From Octopus vulgaris (Eukaryota), in assembly GCA_951406725.2 (NCBI GenBank), contig OX597832.1, positions 41,788,001-41,852,000 on the forward strand: a stretch of DNA of 64,000 nucleotides, written 5' to 3'. Position 1 is the first letter of the stretch. Each line of letters starts with the position of its first letter. A model generated the notes under the pieces. The model had not been told where the DNA came from, did no database searches, and was given only the letters and a program-made list of their open reading frames with translations. Below are positions 1-12,553 of the stretch, piece by piece. Both the position numbers and the translations under genes were made by a program.

Positions 1-150
1 GTGTTGTGGTAAGAAGTTTACTTCCTGACTACATGATTCTGGGTTCGATCCCATGGGGGTAGCCCCTTCTGCAAGTGTCTTCTACTGTAGCCCCAGGCAG
101 ACCAAAGCCTTGTGAGAGGAATTTGGTAGACTGAAACTAAAAGAAGCCTG

Positions 151-237
<87 letters not shown>

Positions 238-390
238 GTGTGTGTGCATGTGTAGTGTGTGTGTGGTGTGTGTAGTGTGTGTGTGTCTGTGGTATGGTGT
301 GTGTGTGTGTGTGGTGTGTGTGGTGGGTGTGGGTGTGGTGTGTGTGTAGTGTGTGGGTGTGTTGTGGTGTGTGTGTGTGGTGAGTGTGTG

Positions 391-422
<32 letters not shown>

Positions 423-440
423 GTACCTATGTTTGTGCAT
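1..440 (+). mobile_element. tRNA-derived SINE (family B, CORE-like motif) with expanded internal (TG)n
   Basis: tgtggtaagaag...gggttcgatccc head, caagtgtcttctact...ccttgtgagaggaatttggtagactgaaact body, then (TG)n at 153-420. Confidence 0.75.
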
Positions 441-764
441 CTCTGTTCAACCCCATAACCTTTTACATGGTGCCGATATGAATGCTTCCTACATGGTGCC
501 AGCAGAAGTGTTATTCATGTTGCGACAGCAGGAGTACTTTTTATGTGGTGCTGGCACAAGTGCTTTTTACATGGCACCAACACAGCACCCAGTTGATAGT
601 CATCAGAGCTGAGTGAACTGGAGCTAAGTGAAAGAAAGTACCTTGGACAATGATACAACACATTACTTGGTCTAAGAATTGAAAACACGACTTTATGGTC
701 TTGAACCAAACATCCTAACCACTGGGCCAAATATCTTATACTACAGCACTACAACACCATTATA

Positions 765-1840
765 ATAATAATAATGAAATTATTGTATACAGTGCTCAGG
801 CGCACCACAACTTGTCAGAAAGTGCGTATAAAGCTTATGCAGTAATGTACAAATGTCTGGAAACCGAACAATGTATGAGTCAGATACATGCTTGTGTGTG
901 TGTATGGAGGGGAGAAAATTAGGTGTAGTGTTGGCGAATCTCAGGAAGCATGGAAGTTTTGAAGGATGCAGTGCTCCGACAACTAACAACTGATGCCGGG
1001 AGTCTGTTCCATGCTTCAGCAACTCTCAGCGTGAAAAAATGTTTCCTGAAGTCATGGGAGCTGTGCTGTTTTCTGACTTTGTAAATATGTCCACGGGTGT
1101 TAGACAGAAGGAGTTTGAAAAGGTGCTCAGAGTTATTGTTTGTAAGATGGTTAAGTGAACATGGGTGTCTGCCAAGTCAGCTGCCAGACGTCGGAGTTTC
1201 AATGTGTCCATGTCCAGGGAAGTAAGGTGTTCAGGATATGGCAAATGCCTGATGGAGTTTTGAAGGATGCATTCTCTTCTGTTGCACGTTGATGAACTTA
1301 TAATACAGCACTAAAAACCTAGCATAGTCAACAGCAGTAGTGATAGTGTGTGTGTGCGTGTGTGTGTGTGCGTGTGTGTGAGTGTGTGTGCATTTGAAAG
1401 ATGGCATCAAATGAGCCAATATGTCTGATAAACAACTTAACAGCATCAGTCAGTTGCTAAGCAACAGCAGAAAATTAGGTGTAGTGTTGGCGAATCTCAG
1501 GAAGCATGGAAGTTTTGAAGGATGCAGTGCTCCGACAACTAACAACTGATGCCGGCAGTTTGTTCCATGCTTCAGCAACTCTCAGCGTGAAAAAATGTTT
1601 CCTAAAGTCATGGGAGCTGTGCTGTTTTCTGACTTTGTAAATATGTCCACGGGTGTTAGACAGAAGGAGTTTGAAAAGGTGCTCAGAGTTATTGTTAGTA
1701 AGATGGTTAATAATTTTATGGGTGTCTGCCAAGTCAGCTGCCAGACGTCGGAGTTTCAATGTGTCCATGTCCAGGGAAGTAAGGTGTTCAGGATATGGCA
1801 AATGCCTGATGGAGGGTATTCTCTTCGTGACCGGACTGGA
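765..1840 (-). mobile_element. CR1-like LINE 3' end fragments, locally duplicated
   Basis: Minus ORF ...TLKLRRLAADLADTHKII...NTRGHIYKVRKQHSSHDFRKHFFTLRVAEAWNKLP is a typical CR1 ORF2 C-terminus. (TAA)n tail near 765-780; 915-1256 is repeated at 1472-1814. Confidence 0.85.
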
Positions 1841-2404
1841 ATGGACTAAAAACTGCAGTGGGGAGTGAACTAGAAGCTGTGAGTTCAAGTGCTGCTTAGG
1901 GAATTGCTGTCGAGTCCAAGTGCGGCAAAGGACTTTTGTGAGACGCGATCAATACACGGAGATCAATATTTTGCTGTTGAGCAGGAGAAGGTGTGAAAGT
2001 TGAGAACGATGGTGGTAGAAAGCTGATAGTACTGACTTTGTCGTCAATATCGTCATTATCAACATCATGACATTAGAACCTCCAGACACAGACACCCTGG
2101 AGTGAGTTTTGTTTTTTTAAAGTTTTAAGTGTGAGAAGTAAACAATTGAAATTCCATCAATAGGTTTGTGGTATCTAATGTTTAGGGGGTCCTCTGTGTG
2201 ACCGGACTGGAATGGACTGGACTGCAGTGGGGAGTGAACTAGAAGCTGTGAGTTCAAGTGCTGCTTAGGGAATTGCTGTCGAGTCCAAGTGCGGCAAAGG
2301 ACTTTTGTGAGACGCGATCAATACACGGAGATCAATATTTTGCTGTTGAGAGGAGAGGTGTGAAAGGAGAACGATGGTGGTAAAATATGGTGCTTTGTCG
2401 TCAA

Positions 2405-3200
2405 TATCGTCATTATCATCATCATCATCATCATCGTTGTTTTCTTCATTGTTATCATCATCATCATTGTCATGACCATCGTCACAACTATCATCATCAT
2501 CACCATCATTGTCAGCATCGATCATTACCACCATCATAATCATCTCGCTGTTGTCATCATTGTCATCATCATCATCATCATTTCGTCATCAACATTATCA
2601 TCACTGTCATCATCATACTCATCGTTGTGATGACCATCATCACCATCATTGCATCCTCATCATCATCATCATCATCATCATCACTACCATCATTATCATC
2701 ATCGTTGTCGTCGTCGTCATCATCATCATCAACATAGTTGATGTCATCATTACTTCATTATCATCAACATCATCCTCATCATCAACATCATCACCATCAT
2801 CCTCAATATCATCATCATCATTACCATCATCATCCTCAACATCATCATCGTCATCACCATCATCATCCTCAGCATCATCATCATCATCATCACCATCATC
2901 ATCCTCAACATCATCATCATCATCATCATCATCACCATCATCCTCCTCCCCCCTCATCACCATCATCATCATCATCATCGTCGTCATCACCATCATCATC
3001 CTCAACATCATCATCGTCGTCATCACCATCATCATCCTCAACATCATCATCATCATCATCACCATCATCATCCTCAACATCATCATCATTATCATCATCA
3101 TCATCACCATCATCCTCCTCCCCCCTCATCACCATCATCATCATCACCATCATCATCCTCAACATCATCATCGTCGTCATTGTCGTCGTCATAATCTGCA
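2405..3200. repeat. (CAT)n-based compound trinucleotide microsatellite
   Basis: Direct reading; source of the poly-H/S/I/M/D ORFs. Confidence 0.95.
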
Positions 3201-3904
3201 CCATCAAAGCAACAAATCAACTGCTCCATGAATTATTCATGCCCTATGTAATATGTTTAGCATTCTTTCATCTTTTCTTCCCCTTCTTCTCTCTCCCTCC
3301 TTCACGCCCCCCACTCGTCTTCCACCCTCACCCCCCCCCCACCCCCTTTGGGGGGTCCTCATTAAAAATCAAACAGCCAGAACAGAGTAAGACAAGATAA
3401 TGATGCTTTTTTTTCTATGTCAGCCGCTCAATTGTGTAACAAGGGAGGTGGAAGAAGAGGAAGGGAGAGCAGGGGGTGATGTGAGGCTGGAGTGTTGGGC
3501 AACATGAAGTGGGGAGGAGGAGGAGGATGGTGGTGGTGGGTGGGGTGGTTCGGGTGGTTCAGTGCTTTGTCGTTTCTTTATGAAAGAATTATGGAAATGG
3601 GGATACAAGAAATACAACCCATATAACAATAGCCGGAACGTGAAGAAACGGCAATAACCAGTGCCACCACAACCACCACCACCACAACGATAACAACAAC
3701 AGCAGCAGCAGCAGCAGCAGCAAAAACCACATCAGTAGCTACAGCAATCACAACAGCATCAATAACCACAGCATCGATAACAACAGTTGCAGAAGCACCC
3801 GTAGCCAAAAAAAAAAACAAAAAAAAAACACGCAATAGCCACAACAATAGCTACAAAAACAATAACCAACACCACCACTACTACCATCACCCCTACTAGC
3901 TGCT

Positions 3905-3944
3905 GCTGGTACAACTACTATTACTACTATTATTACTGCTGCTG

Positions 3945-3985
<41 letters not shown>

Positions 3986-4001
3986 GCTGCTGCTGCTACT
4001 G

Positions 4002-4060
<59 letters not shown>

Positions 4061-4090
4061 GCTGCTGCTACTACTGTGACTGCTGCTGCC
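3905..4090. repeat. (TAC)n/(TGC)n microsatellite
   Basis: Direct reading. Confidence 0.95.
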
Positions 4091-4369
4091 GCAGGGAAAC
4101 TAATTAACACACAAAATTGACTGGCATTGGAAAAAAAACAATTATAAAGTATTTTTAAAACAACACAACAGATACATATAAAAATTAATTAATTTTAATT
4201 AAAAGAAGGTTCACTTTGATTAAATAATACTTTTCTGAACTGCAATAATTTAGATAGTCCAGTACCTATCTTCAGGATTTTGTTGAGAGACGCATCTCCT
4301 CCTGGATAAAGTATAGTGCTACATATGGTTTTTTTCTACATAGGAAGAATTGGACTTGGCACTGCAAGA

Positions 4370-4925
4370 GTTGTTTCTATCCTGTGGTACCTAGTCACAA
4401 CAAAATGGACTGAGCCATTCTAGTGCCAAGTGATTTGGTTGTTCAGAGAACAAAGTGTTATTTCTACCCTGTGGTACCTAGTCTCAACTAAGTGCACTGA
4501 ACCATTTTAGTGTTAAATGACTTGGCTGACCATAGGACAATGGGTTACCCTGTGGTACCTAGTCTCAGCAAAATGGACTGGGCCATTCTATGGCCAAGTG
4601 ATTTGACTGGTCATAGAACAATGTGTTATTTCTATCCTGTGGTACCTAGTCTCAACAAAGTGTACTGAACCATTTTAGTGTTAAATAACTTGGCTGGCCA
4701 TAGGACAATGGGTTGTTTCTACCCTGTGGTACCTAGTCTTAGGAAAATGGACTGAGCCATTCTAGTGCCAAGTGATTTGGCTGGCCATAGGACAATGGGT
4801 TGTTTCTACACTGTGGTACCTAGTCTCAGCAAAATGGACTGGGCCATTTTAGTGTCAAGTGACTTGGTTGGCCATAGGATAAAAAGTCCTGGGTACCTAG
4901 TTACAGAAAAGTGAACTGTGACCTT
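4370..4925. repeat. Minisatellite, ~87-bp unit, ~6.5 copies
   Basis: Each unit carries (tttcta)ccctgtggtacctagtc...gactg.gccatt.tagtg..aagtga.ttgg; unit starts near 4371, 4458, 4545, 4626, 4713, 4800. The first unit has stops in all six frames. Confidence 0.9.
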
Positions 4926-5224
4926 TTCAGGATCACTTCTCTTGGCCACATAATCAGTGGTTCCCTATATTTACAGTGTCAAGAGATTATCTGTGTATCT
5001 TGATTGGAACAAACATTAACTGGGCGCGTAGTTTGAACATCATTGAGTCTCTTCGAGTCAAGCTGCTACTTCACATACATTTATTGGGAGTTAAATGTAT
5101 GGATCAAAACAGTTTGAGTCAAATTTGTTGGTACTCCAAGCACCATGCTTGAAACTCGGAGTACCAACGAATTTGAATCAAGCTGTTTTGATCTATACAT
5201 ACATACATACATACATATATATAT

Positions 5225-5430
5225 CGTGGCCGTTGCCAGCCTCGCCTGGCACATAAAAAGCACCCACTACACTCACGGAGTGGTTGGCGTTAGGAACGGC
5301 ATCCAGCCGTAGAAACATTGCCTGATCAGACTGGGCCTGGTGCAGCCTTCTGGCTTCCCAGATCCTGGTCGAACCGTCCAACCCATGCTAGCATGGAGAA
5401 CGGATGTTAAACGATGATTGATGATGATGA
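5225..5430 (+). mobile_element. 3' end of RTE-type LINE / derived SINE (family C), (GAT)n tail
   Basis: ggcgttaggaacggcatccagccgtagaaac...acccatgctagcatggagaacggatgttaaacgatgat. Confidence 0.8.
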
Positions 5431-5625
5431 TATATATATATATAATAGAAAGAATAATACAAAGACAAGAACAAAGGAAAAGTGTATCAGGCTTATTCTT
5501 GGGAAATAGTAAAAAAAAAAGAAAGAAAAATCTTTTATGTTTCAGGTATGCATTATTCTTCTGAAAGTAAGGAGAGAAAAAAAAAACAAAAAGAAAATGA
5601 AGAAAGGGACACATGTGTGCAACAT

Positions 5626-5857
<232 letters not shown>

Positions 5858-6033
5858 TGTGCCACAGGACCTCCCGAAACTAGGCACCAATACCTAAGCA
5901 TTATCAAAGCTTAATTAGATTATTTATGAAGAAAAACAACCAACACCAAACATAAAGAACCTCCTCAAGCTATGAATCCACATCCACTTCCCACTTTACT
6001 AGAATGAAGGACAAACTCAGAATAACAAGACTA

Positions 6034-8510
6034 AGGCGGCAAGCTGGCAGAAACGTTAGCACACCGGGCAAAATGCTTAGCCGTATTTCGCCTGCCGCTA
6101 CGTTCTGAGTTCAAGTTCCGCCAAGGTTGACTTTGTCTTTCATCCTTTCGGGGTCGATTAAATAAGTACCAGTTATGCACTGGGGTCGATTAAATAAGTA
6201 CCAGTTACGCACTGGGGTCGATATAATAGACTTAATCTGTTTGTCTGTCCTTGTTTGTCCTCTCTGTGTTTAGCCCCTTGTTGGTAGCAAAGAAATAGGT
6301 ATTTCGTCTGCTGCTACGTTCTGAGTTCAAATTCCGCCGAGGTCGACTTTGCCTTTCATCCTTTCGGGGTCGATAAATTAAGTACCAGTTACGCACTGGG
6401 GTCGATGTAATCGACTTAATACCGTTGTCTGTCCTTGTTTGTCCTCTCTGTGTTTAGCCCCTTGTTGGTAGCAAAGAAATAGGTATTTCGTCTGCTGCTA
6501 CGTTCTGAGTTCAAATTCCGCCGAGGTCGACTTTGCCTTTCATCCTTTCGGGGTCGATTAAATAAAGTACCAGTTACGCACTGGGGTCGATGTAATCGAC
6601 TTAATACCTATGTCTGTCCTTGTTTGTCCTCTCTGTGTTTAGCCCCTTGTTGGTAGTAAAGAAATAGGTATTTCGTCTGCTCGCTACGTTCTGAGTTCAA
6701 ATTCCGCCGAGGTCGACTTTGCCTTTCATCCTTTCGGGGTCGATTAAATTAAGTACCAGTTACGCACTGGGGTCGATGTAATCGACTTAATACCTATGTC
6801 TGTCCTTGTTTGTCCTCTCTGTGTTTAGCCCCTTGTTGGTAGTAAAGAAATAGGTATTTCGTCTGCCGCTACGTTCTGAGTTCAAATTCCGCCGAGGTCG
6901 ACTTTGCCTTTCATCCTTTCGGGGTCGATAAATAAGTACCAGTTACGCACTGGGGTTGATGTAATCGACTTAATCCTATTTGTCTGTCCTTGTTTGTCCT
7001 CTCTGTGTTTAGCCCCATGTGGGTAGTAAAGAAATAGGTATTTCGTCTGCTGCTACGTTCTGAGTTCAAATTCCGCCGAGGTCGACTTTGCCTTTCATCC
7101 TTTCGGGGTCGATTAAATAAGTACCAGTTATGCACTGGGGTTGATGTAATCGATTTAATCCGTTTGTCTGTCCTTGTTTGTCCTCTCTGTGTTTAGCCCC
7201 TTGTGGGTAGCAAAGAAATAGGTATTTCGTCTGCTGCTACGTTCTGAGTTCAAATTCCGCCGAGGTCGACTTTGCCTTTCATCCTTTCGGGGTCGATTAA
7301 ATAAGTACCAGTTATGCACTGGGGTTGATGTAATCGATTTAATCCGTTTGTCTGTCCTTGTTTGTCCTCTCTGTGTTTAGCCCCATGTGGGTAGCAAAGA
7401 AATAGGTATTTCGTCTGCTGCTACGTTCTGAGTTCAAATTCCGCCGAGGTCGACTTTGCCTTTCATCCTTTCGGGGTCGATAAATTAAGTACCAGTTACG
7501 CACTGGGGTCGATGTAATCGATTTAATCCGTTTGTCTGTCCTTGTTTGTCCTCTCTGTGTTTAGCCCCATGTGGGTAGCAAAGAAATAGGTATTTCGTCT
7601 GCTGCTACGTTGTGAGTTCAAATTCCGCCAAGGTCGACTTTGCCTTTCATCCTTTCGGGGTCGATTAAATAAGTACCAGTTATGCACTGGGGTTGATGTA
7701 ATCGACTTAATACCTATGTCTGTCCTTGTTTGTCCTCTCTGTGTTTAGCCCCTTGTTGGTAGCAAAGAAATAGGTATTTCGTCTGTCGCTACGTTCTGAG
7801 TTCAAATTCCGCCGAGGTCGACTTTGCCTTTCATCCTTTCGGGGTCGATAAATTAAGTACCAGTTACGCACTGGGGTCGATGTAATCGACTTAATACCTA
7901 TGTCTGTCCTTGTTTGTCCTCTCTGTGTTTAGCCCCTTGTTGGTAGCAAAGAAATAGGTATTTCGTCTGCTGCTACGTTCTGAGTTCAAATTCCGCCGAG
8001 GTCGACTTTGCCTTTCATCCTTTCGGGGTCGATAAATAAGTACCAGTTACGCACTGGGGTCGATGTAATCGACTTAATACCTATTGTCTGTCCTTGTTTG
8101 TCCTCTCTGTGTTTAGCCCCTTGTTGGGTAGCAAAGAAATAGGTATTTCGTCTGCTGCTACGTTCTGAGTTCAAATTCCGCCGAGGTCGACTTTGCCTTT
8201 CATCCTTTCGAGGGTCTATAAATTAAGTACCAGTTATGCACTGGGGTTGATGTAATCGATTTAATCCATTTGTCTGTCCTTGTTTGTCCTCTCTGTGTTT
8301 AGCCCCTTGTTGGGTAGTAAAGAAATAGGTATTTCGTCTGCTGCTACGTTCTGAGTTCAAATTCCGCCGAGGTCGACTTTGCCTTTCATCCTTTCGAGGG
8401 TCTATAAATTAAGTACCAGTTATGCACTGGGGTCGATATATCGACTTAATCCCTTTGTCTGTCCTTGTTTGTCCTCTCTGTGTTTAGCCCTTTGTGGGTA
8501 GCAAAGAAAT
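6034..8510 (+). mobile_element. tRNA-derived SINE (family A, Meta-like central domain) as a head-to-tail concatemer: one full head plus 12 ~184-bp units
   Basis: A-box agctggcagaaacgttag, B-box gagttcaaattcc, central gcctttcatcctttcggggtcgataaattaagtacca. Units restart at ggtatttcgtctg at ~6298, 6482, 6667, 6853, 7037, 7221, 7404, 7589, 7773, 7957, 8142, 8328. Direct repeat aagactaag on both flanks. Confidence 0.92.
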
Positions 8511-8980
8511 AAGACTAAGACACAAAAAAACACAAACAAGCAGAAACAAATACGTATTCCTTTACACAGTTTCCATCTACCAAATTCTACCCACAAACAT
8601 AGGATGACACGGTTATGCCACAAAAACACTTGCCCACAACAGGGCTGCACAGTGGGATCGAACCTAGAACTGTGAGGTTACAAAGCAAACCACTTAACTA
8701 CAGAGCCGTAAAAGTGTTGTGCTGGTTTTGGAGACTAGCTTTCGAGTTGATGGTTGAGTTGTTGAATAATTGATGCTCTGTTATTGTAAATTTGAATGTC
8801 ATGTCTGTGGGGAGAAATGTGAATGAGATTGGTGTCAGTTAATGTAGAACATGCCGAAAGTTAATTAGCCAAGTGCATGTGGTATGGGACAATCACTTCA
8901 TAAGTCCTCAGTTCAATTCCATGGCAGACAGTTTGTTTGTTTATTTACTTATTTTACCGTTTTTCGTATGGGCAGAATCT

Positions 8981-9209
8981 TTAACCCTTTTGTTACCAAC
9001 CCGGCTGAAACCGGCTCTGGCTCTGTTGTACAAATGTCTTGTTTTCTTAAGGTTTCAATTAAAATCTTCCACCAAACCTTAGTCACAATTTATGTTCCTA
9101 ACACTAGCTGAATGATAACTGAGTTATTTTACTAAATTCTTTGTTATATTTTAAGTAATTGAAAGAAACACAGAACATCTCAAAATAAATAGAGTAACGA
9201 AAGGGTTAA
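8981..9209. mobile_element. piggyBac-type MITE (TTAA-flanked)
   Basis: TTAA-CCCTTTTGTTAC ... GTAACGAAAGGG-TTAA. Related copies at ~26245-26472, 26627-26975, 35160-35313, 45132-45355. Confidence 0.8.
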
Positions 9210-9383
9210 AGGATCGGATAAAATACAGTGCAGTATTTTTTTCTGGCTCTTCATGCTTTGAGTTCAAATCCTGCTACGGTCAACTTTGCCCTTTATCCCT
9301 TAGGGATTGATGAAATAAAATACTAGTCAAATACTGGGATCAATGGTATCAACCAGCCCCTTTCCCTTAAAATTGCTGGCTCT

Positions 9384-9632
9384 CATCATCATCATCATCA
9401 TCATCATTATCATTGTTTAACGTCCATTTTCCGTGCTAGCACAGGTTGGATGGTTCGACCAGGGTCTGGGGAGCCAGGAGGCTGCACCAGGCTCCAGTCT
9501 GATCTGGCAGTGTTTCTACAGCTGGATGCCCTTCCTAACACCAACCACTCCGTGAGTGTAATGAGTGCTTTTTACATGCCACCGGCACAGGGGCCAGGGG
9601 AGGCTGGCAGCGGCCACAATCAGTTGGTGCTT
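9384..9632 (-). mobile_element. RTE-type 3' end / SINE family C
   Basis: (CAT)n followed by gtttaacgtccatttt...ctacagctggatgcccttcctaac. Confidence 0.8.
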
Positions 9633-9724
9633 ATTACTAGACTCAGCTTTGTAGAAGATCCTTTATTGGCTAAGTTCAAATCCCACTGGAGTTAATTGGG
9701 ATTTTCATTCCTTCAGGCTCAAAT

Positions 9725-9955
9725 AAATGGAGGGGAGAAAATCAGGTGTTGTGTTGACGAATCTCAGGAAGCATGGAAGTTTTGAAGGATGCAGTGCTCC
9801 GACAACTAACAACTGATGCCGGCAGTTTGTTCCATGCTTCAGCAACTCTCAGCGTGAAAAAATGTTTCCTAAAGTCATGGGAGCTGTGCTGTTTTCTGAC
9901 TTTGTAAATATGTCCACGGGTGTTAGACGGGTGGAGTTTGAAAAGGTGCTCAGAG
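9725..9955 (-). mobile_element. CR1-like LINE 3' fragment
   Basis: Near-identical to the 905-1130 and 1472-1690 segments. Confidence 0.85.
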
Positions 9956-10609
9956 GTGCTAATGATTCTGCTAGTCCACCACCTCTATTTTCAAAGTTTA
10001 GCAAGGCCAGCATTTTTAGGGGGAGGTGTTAGTTGATACTGTCAACCCCAGTATTTGAATGGTACTTCATTTTATCGACCCCAAAGGAATGAAAGGCAAA
10101 GTTGGTAGGATTTGAACTCAGAGCATAAAAAGCCGTCATTCAATACTACCAGACATTTTCTCTAATGTTCTAACATTTCTCTGCCAATCCACTACCAAGA
10201 ATAATGGTAATGCTTCCAATTATTGATTTTAACTGTTATTTATTTTTGAGTTTGTTTATCTTTTTGTATCCACATATTTACTTATTTATATATTATTTTA
10301 TTTATAGATCTCTCATTGGTCAACTTTACAACCAATCAAATTTCAGAGAGATTTCTATGGTGGAACTCATTCCCTAAAGCTGCATATCTATGCCATAATC
10401 TCCACATCCAACAGACTCATCTTTGTGGAGGAGGAACTGGACAAATTCTTAAATGGCATATTATAAACAAAGTGGAGGCACATGGCTCAGTGGTCAGGGT
10501 GTTGGCTTCATGATCACAAAATTGTGGTTTTGATCCTTGAAACAAGCAATTCATTGTTTTCTTGAGCAAGACACTTCATTTCATGTTACTCTAGTCCACT
10601 CTGCAGGTA

Positions 10610-11365
10610 AAAATGGCCATGCCCGAATGGTGCTTTTTATGTGCCACTGACATGGGAGCCAGTCAGGCAGCACTGGCAATGGCCATGCTCGAATGGTGCC
10701 TTTTACGTGCCACTGGCAATGGTGCCAGTGAGGCAGTACTGGTATCGGCCACAACAATGACTTCACTTGACTCAAGCACAGTTTATTGGCCAGTATTGAA
10801 GGGTACCCTTAAATAGGCCAGTTACACTGCATTGGCATAGGTCACAGTTACGGTCTCACTTGGCTTGCAGGGTACAACATATCTCCAAAGTTCTCAGTCA
10901 CTCATCATTGCCTCTCTGAGACCCAATATTTGAAGGTCGTGTTTCACCACCTCATCCCAGGTCTTCCTGGGTCTATCTCTTCTTGGGGTTCCCTCAACTA
11001 CTAGAGTGTGACACTTTTTCACACAGCTGTCCTCATCCATTCACAACACATAACGATACCAGCACAGTAGTCTCTCTTGCACACCACATCTGATACTTCT
11101 TATGTCCAACAATTCTCTCAGGGCGCTTACACTCTGTCGTCTATGCACACCGACATTACACATCCAGCAGATCATACTAGCTTCATTTCTTGCAAGCTTA
11201 CGCATGTCCTCAGCAGTCACAGCCCATGTTTCATTTCTGTGTAGCATGGCTGTTCGCACACATGTGTCATACAGTCTACCTTTCACTCTGAGCAAGAGGC
11301 CCTTTGTCACCAGCAGAGGTAGGAGGTCACTGAACTTTGCACAGGCTATTCTAGCAGCTACGCTT
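10610..11365 (-). mobile_element. RTE-clade LINE, 5'-truncated (post-RT C-terminus plus repeat-containing 3'UTR)
   Basis: Minus ORF TKGLLLRVKGRLYDTCVRTAMLHRNETWAVTAEDMRKLARNEASMICWMCNV...RLLCWY. The downstream UTR carries the same ggtgcttttt(a)tgtgccac repeats as family C. Confidence 0.85.
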
Positions 11366-11379
11366 GTTCTAGAAAATAA

Positions 11380-11547
11380 ATGAACATATATATATTATAT
11401 TATATACTATATCATATATATATATATATATACATTTATGTTACAAATAAGAAAATGGAAAAAGACATTAGTTGGTTTATCAGCCTTAGGATATTAGAAT
11501 GTTGTCGTATACATTTATATATATGTATATATATACATATATATGTA

Positions 11548-11612
<65 letters not shown>

Positions 11613-11720
11613 GTAGATTATACATACATATATATACATGTATATTATACATACATATATATACATATATATATACACATACATATATATATATATACAT
11701 GTATACATATATATATGTAT

Positions 11721-11753
<33 letters not shown>

Positions 11754-12050
11754 AATTATGTGTGTGTATATGTACATATTTACATGGGTGTGCCTGCATG
11801 CAAGCCCACACATACATATATATATATATATACACAAACAAACACATGGAACGCTACTATATGTTTGTACGTGTGTGTCTTTGTCTATATATATGTGCAT
11901 ATTTGTCTGTATGTTACTTAATACACCTATATATATGCATGTGTGTGCATGAGTGTATATGTGCACATGTACATATTTACATGCACGTATATATCTATGC
12001 GCATATACGTATATACACATACATACACAAACGCGCATATAAGGAATACT
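11380..12050. repeat. (TA)n/(CA)n low-complexity tract
   Basis: Direct reading. Confidence 0.9.
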
Positions 12051-12276
12051 GCTATCAGCTGTGTTTTTATCCCAGAATACAGTGCTGCAGTGCAGTAGGA
12101 ACGAAGGCAAACCAGTGCACATACGCTGCACCAGCTGATAGCCAAGACTGTGTTGCACCAGCATCTACCCCCCTTCACTCTGCAACACTCCCCCCCCCCC
12201 CCCATCATTCCCTTCCACGATGACTACCCTCGCTCTCCATTGCTACATCTTTGCATTCTTTTACGCTATATGGCTG

Positions 12277-12308
<32 letters not shown>

Positions 12309-12348
12309 AACAACTACTACTACTACTACTACTACTACAACAACAACA

Positions 12349-12402
<54 letters not shown>

Positions 12403-12430
12403 GCTACTGCTGCTGCTGCTGCTGCTACTA
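12277..12430. repeat. (CTA)n/(CTG)n microsatellite
   Basis: Direct reading. Confidence 0.95.
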
Positions 12431-12492
12431 GCCCCCACTGCTTTAAACTTATTCCTTCTGTACTCCACCTTCTACTCTGTACCTCACGTTAA

Positions 12493-12553
<61 letters not shown>

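Noticed and set aside
2509-3400. Long poly-His/Ser/Ile ORFs (up to 240 aa)
   Set aside because: Products of the (CAT)n microsatellite, open in several frames on both strands.
4266-4301. Possible 36-nt minus micro-exon (GDASLNKILKI)
   Set aside because: Weak donor and no partner exons.
6034-8510. Regular array as a possible CRISPR or tRNA gene cluster
   Set aside because: No unique spacers, eukaryotic context, and the units lack a complete tRNA cloverleaf; it is a SINE concatemer.
10308-10466. Open frames after tttatag
   Set aside because: No recognisable homology or donor site; two frames are open, consistent with chance.
11436-12223. 242-aa and 226-aa YI-rich ORFs
   Set aside because: (TA)n/(CA)n low-complexity sequence.
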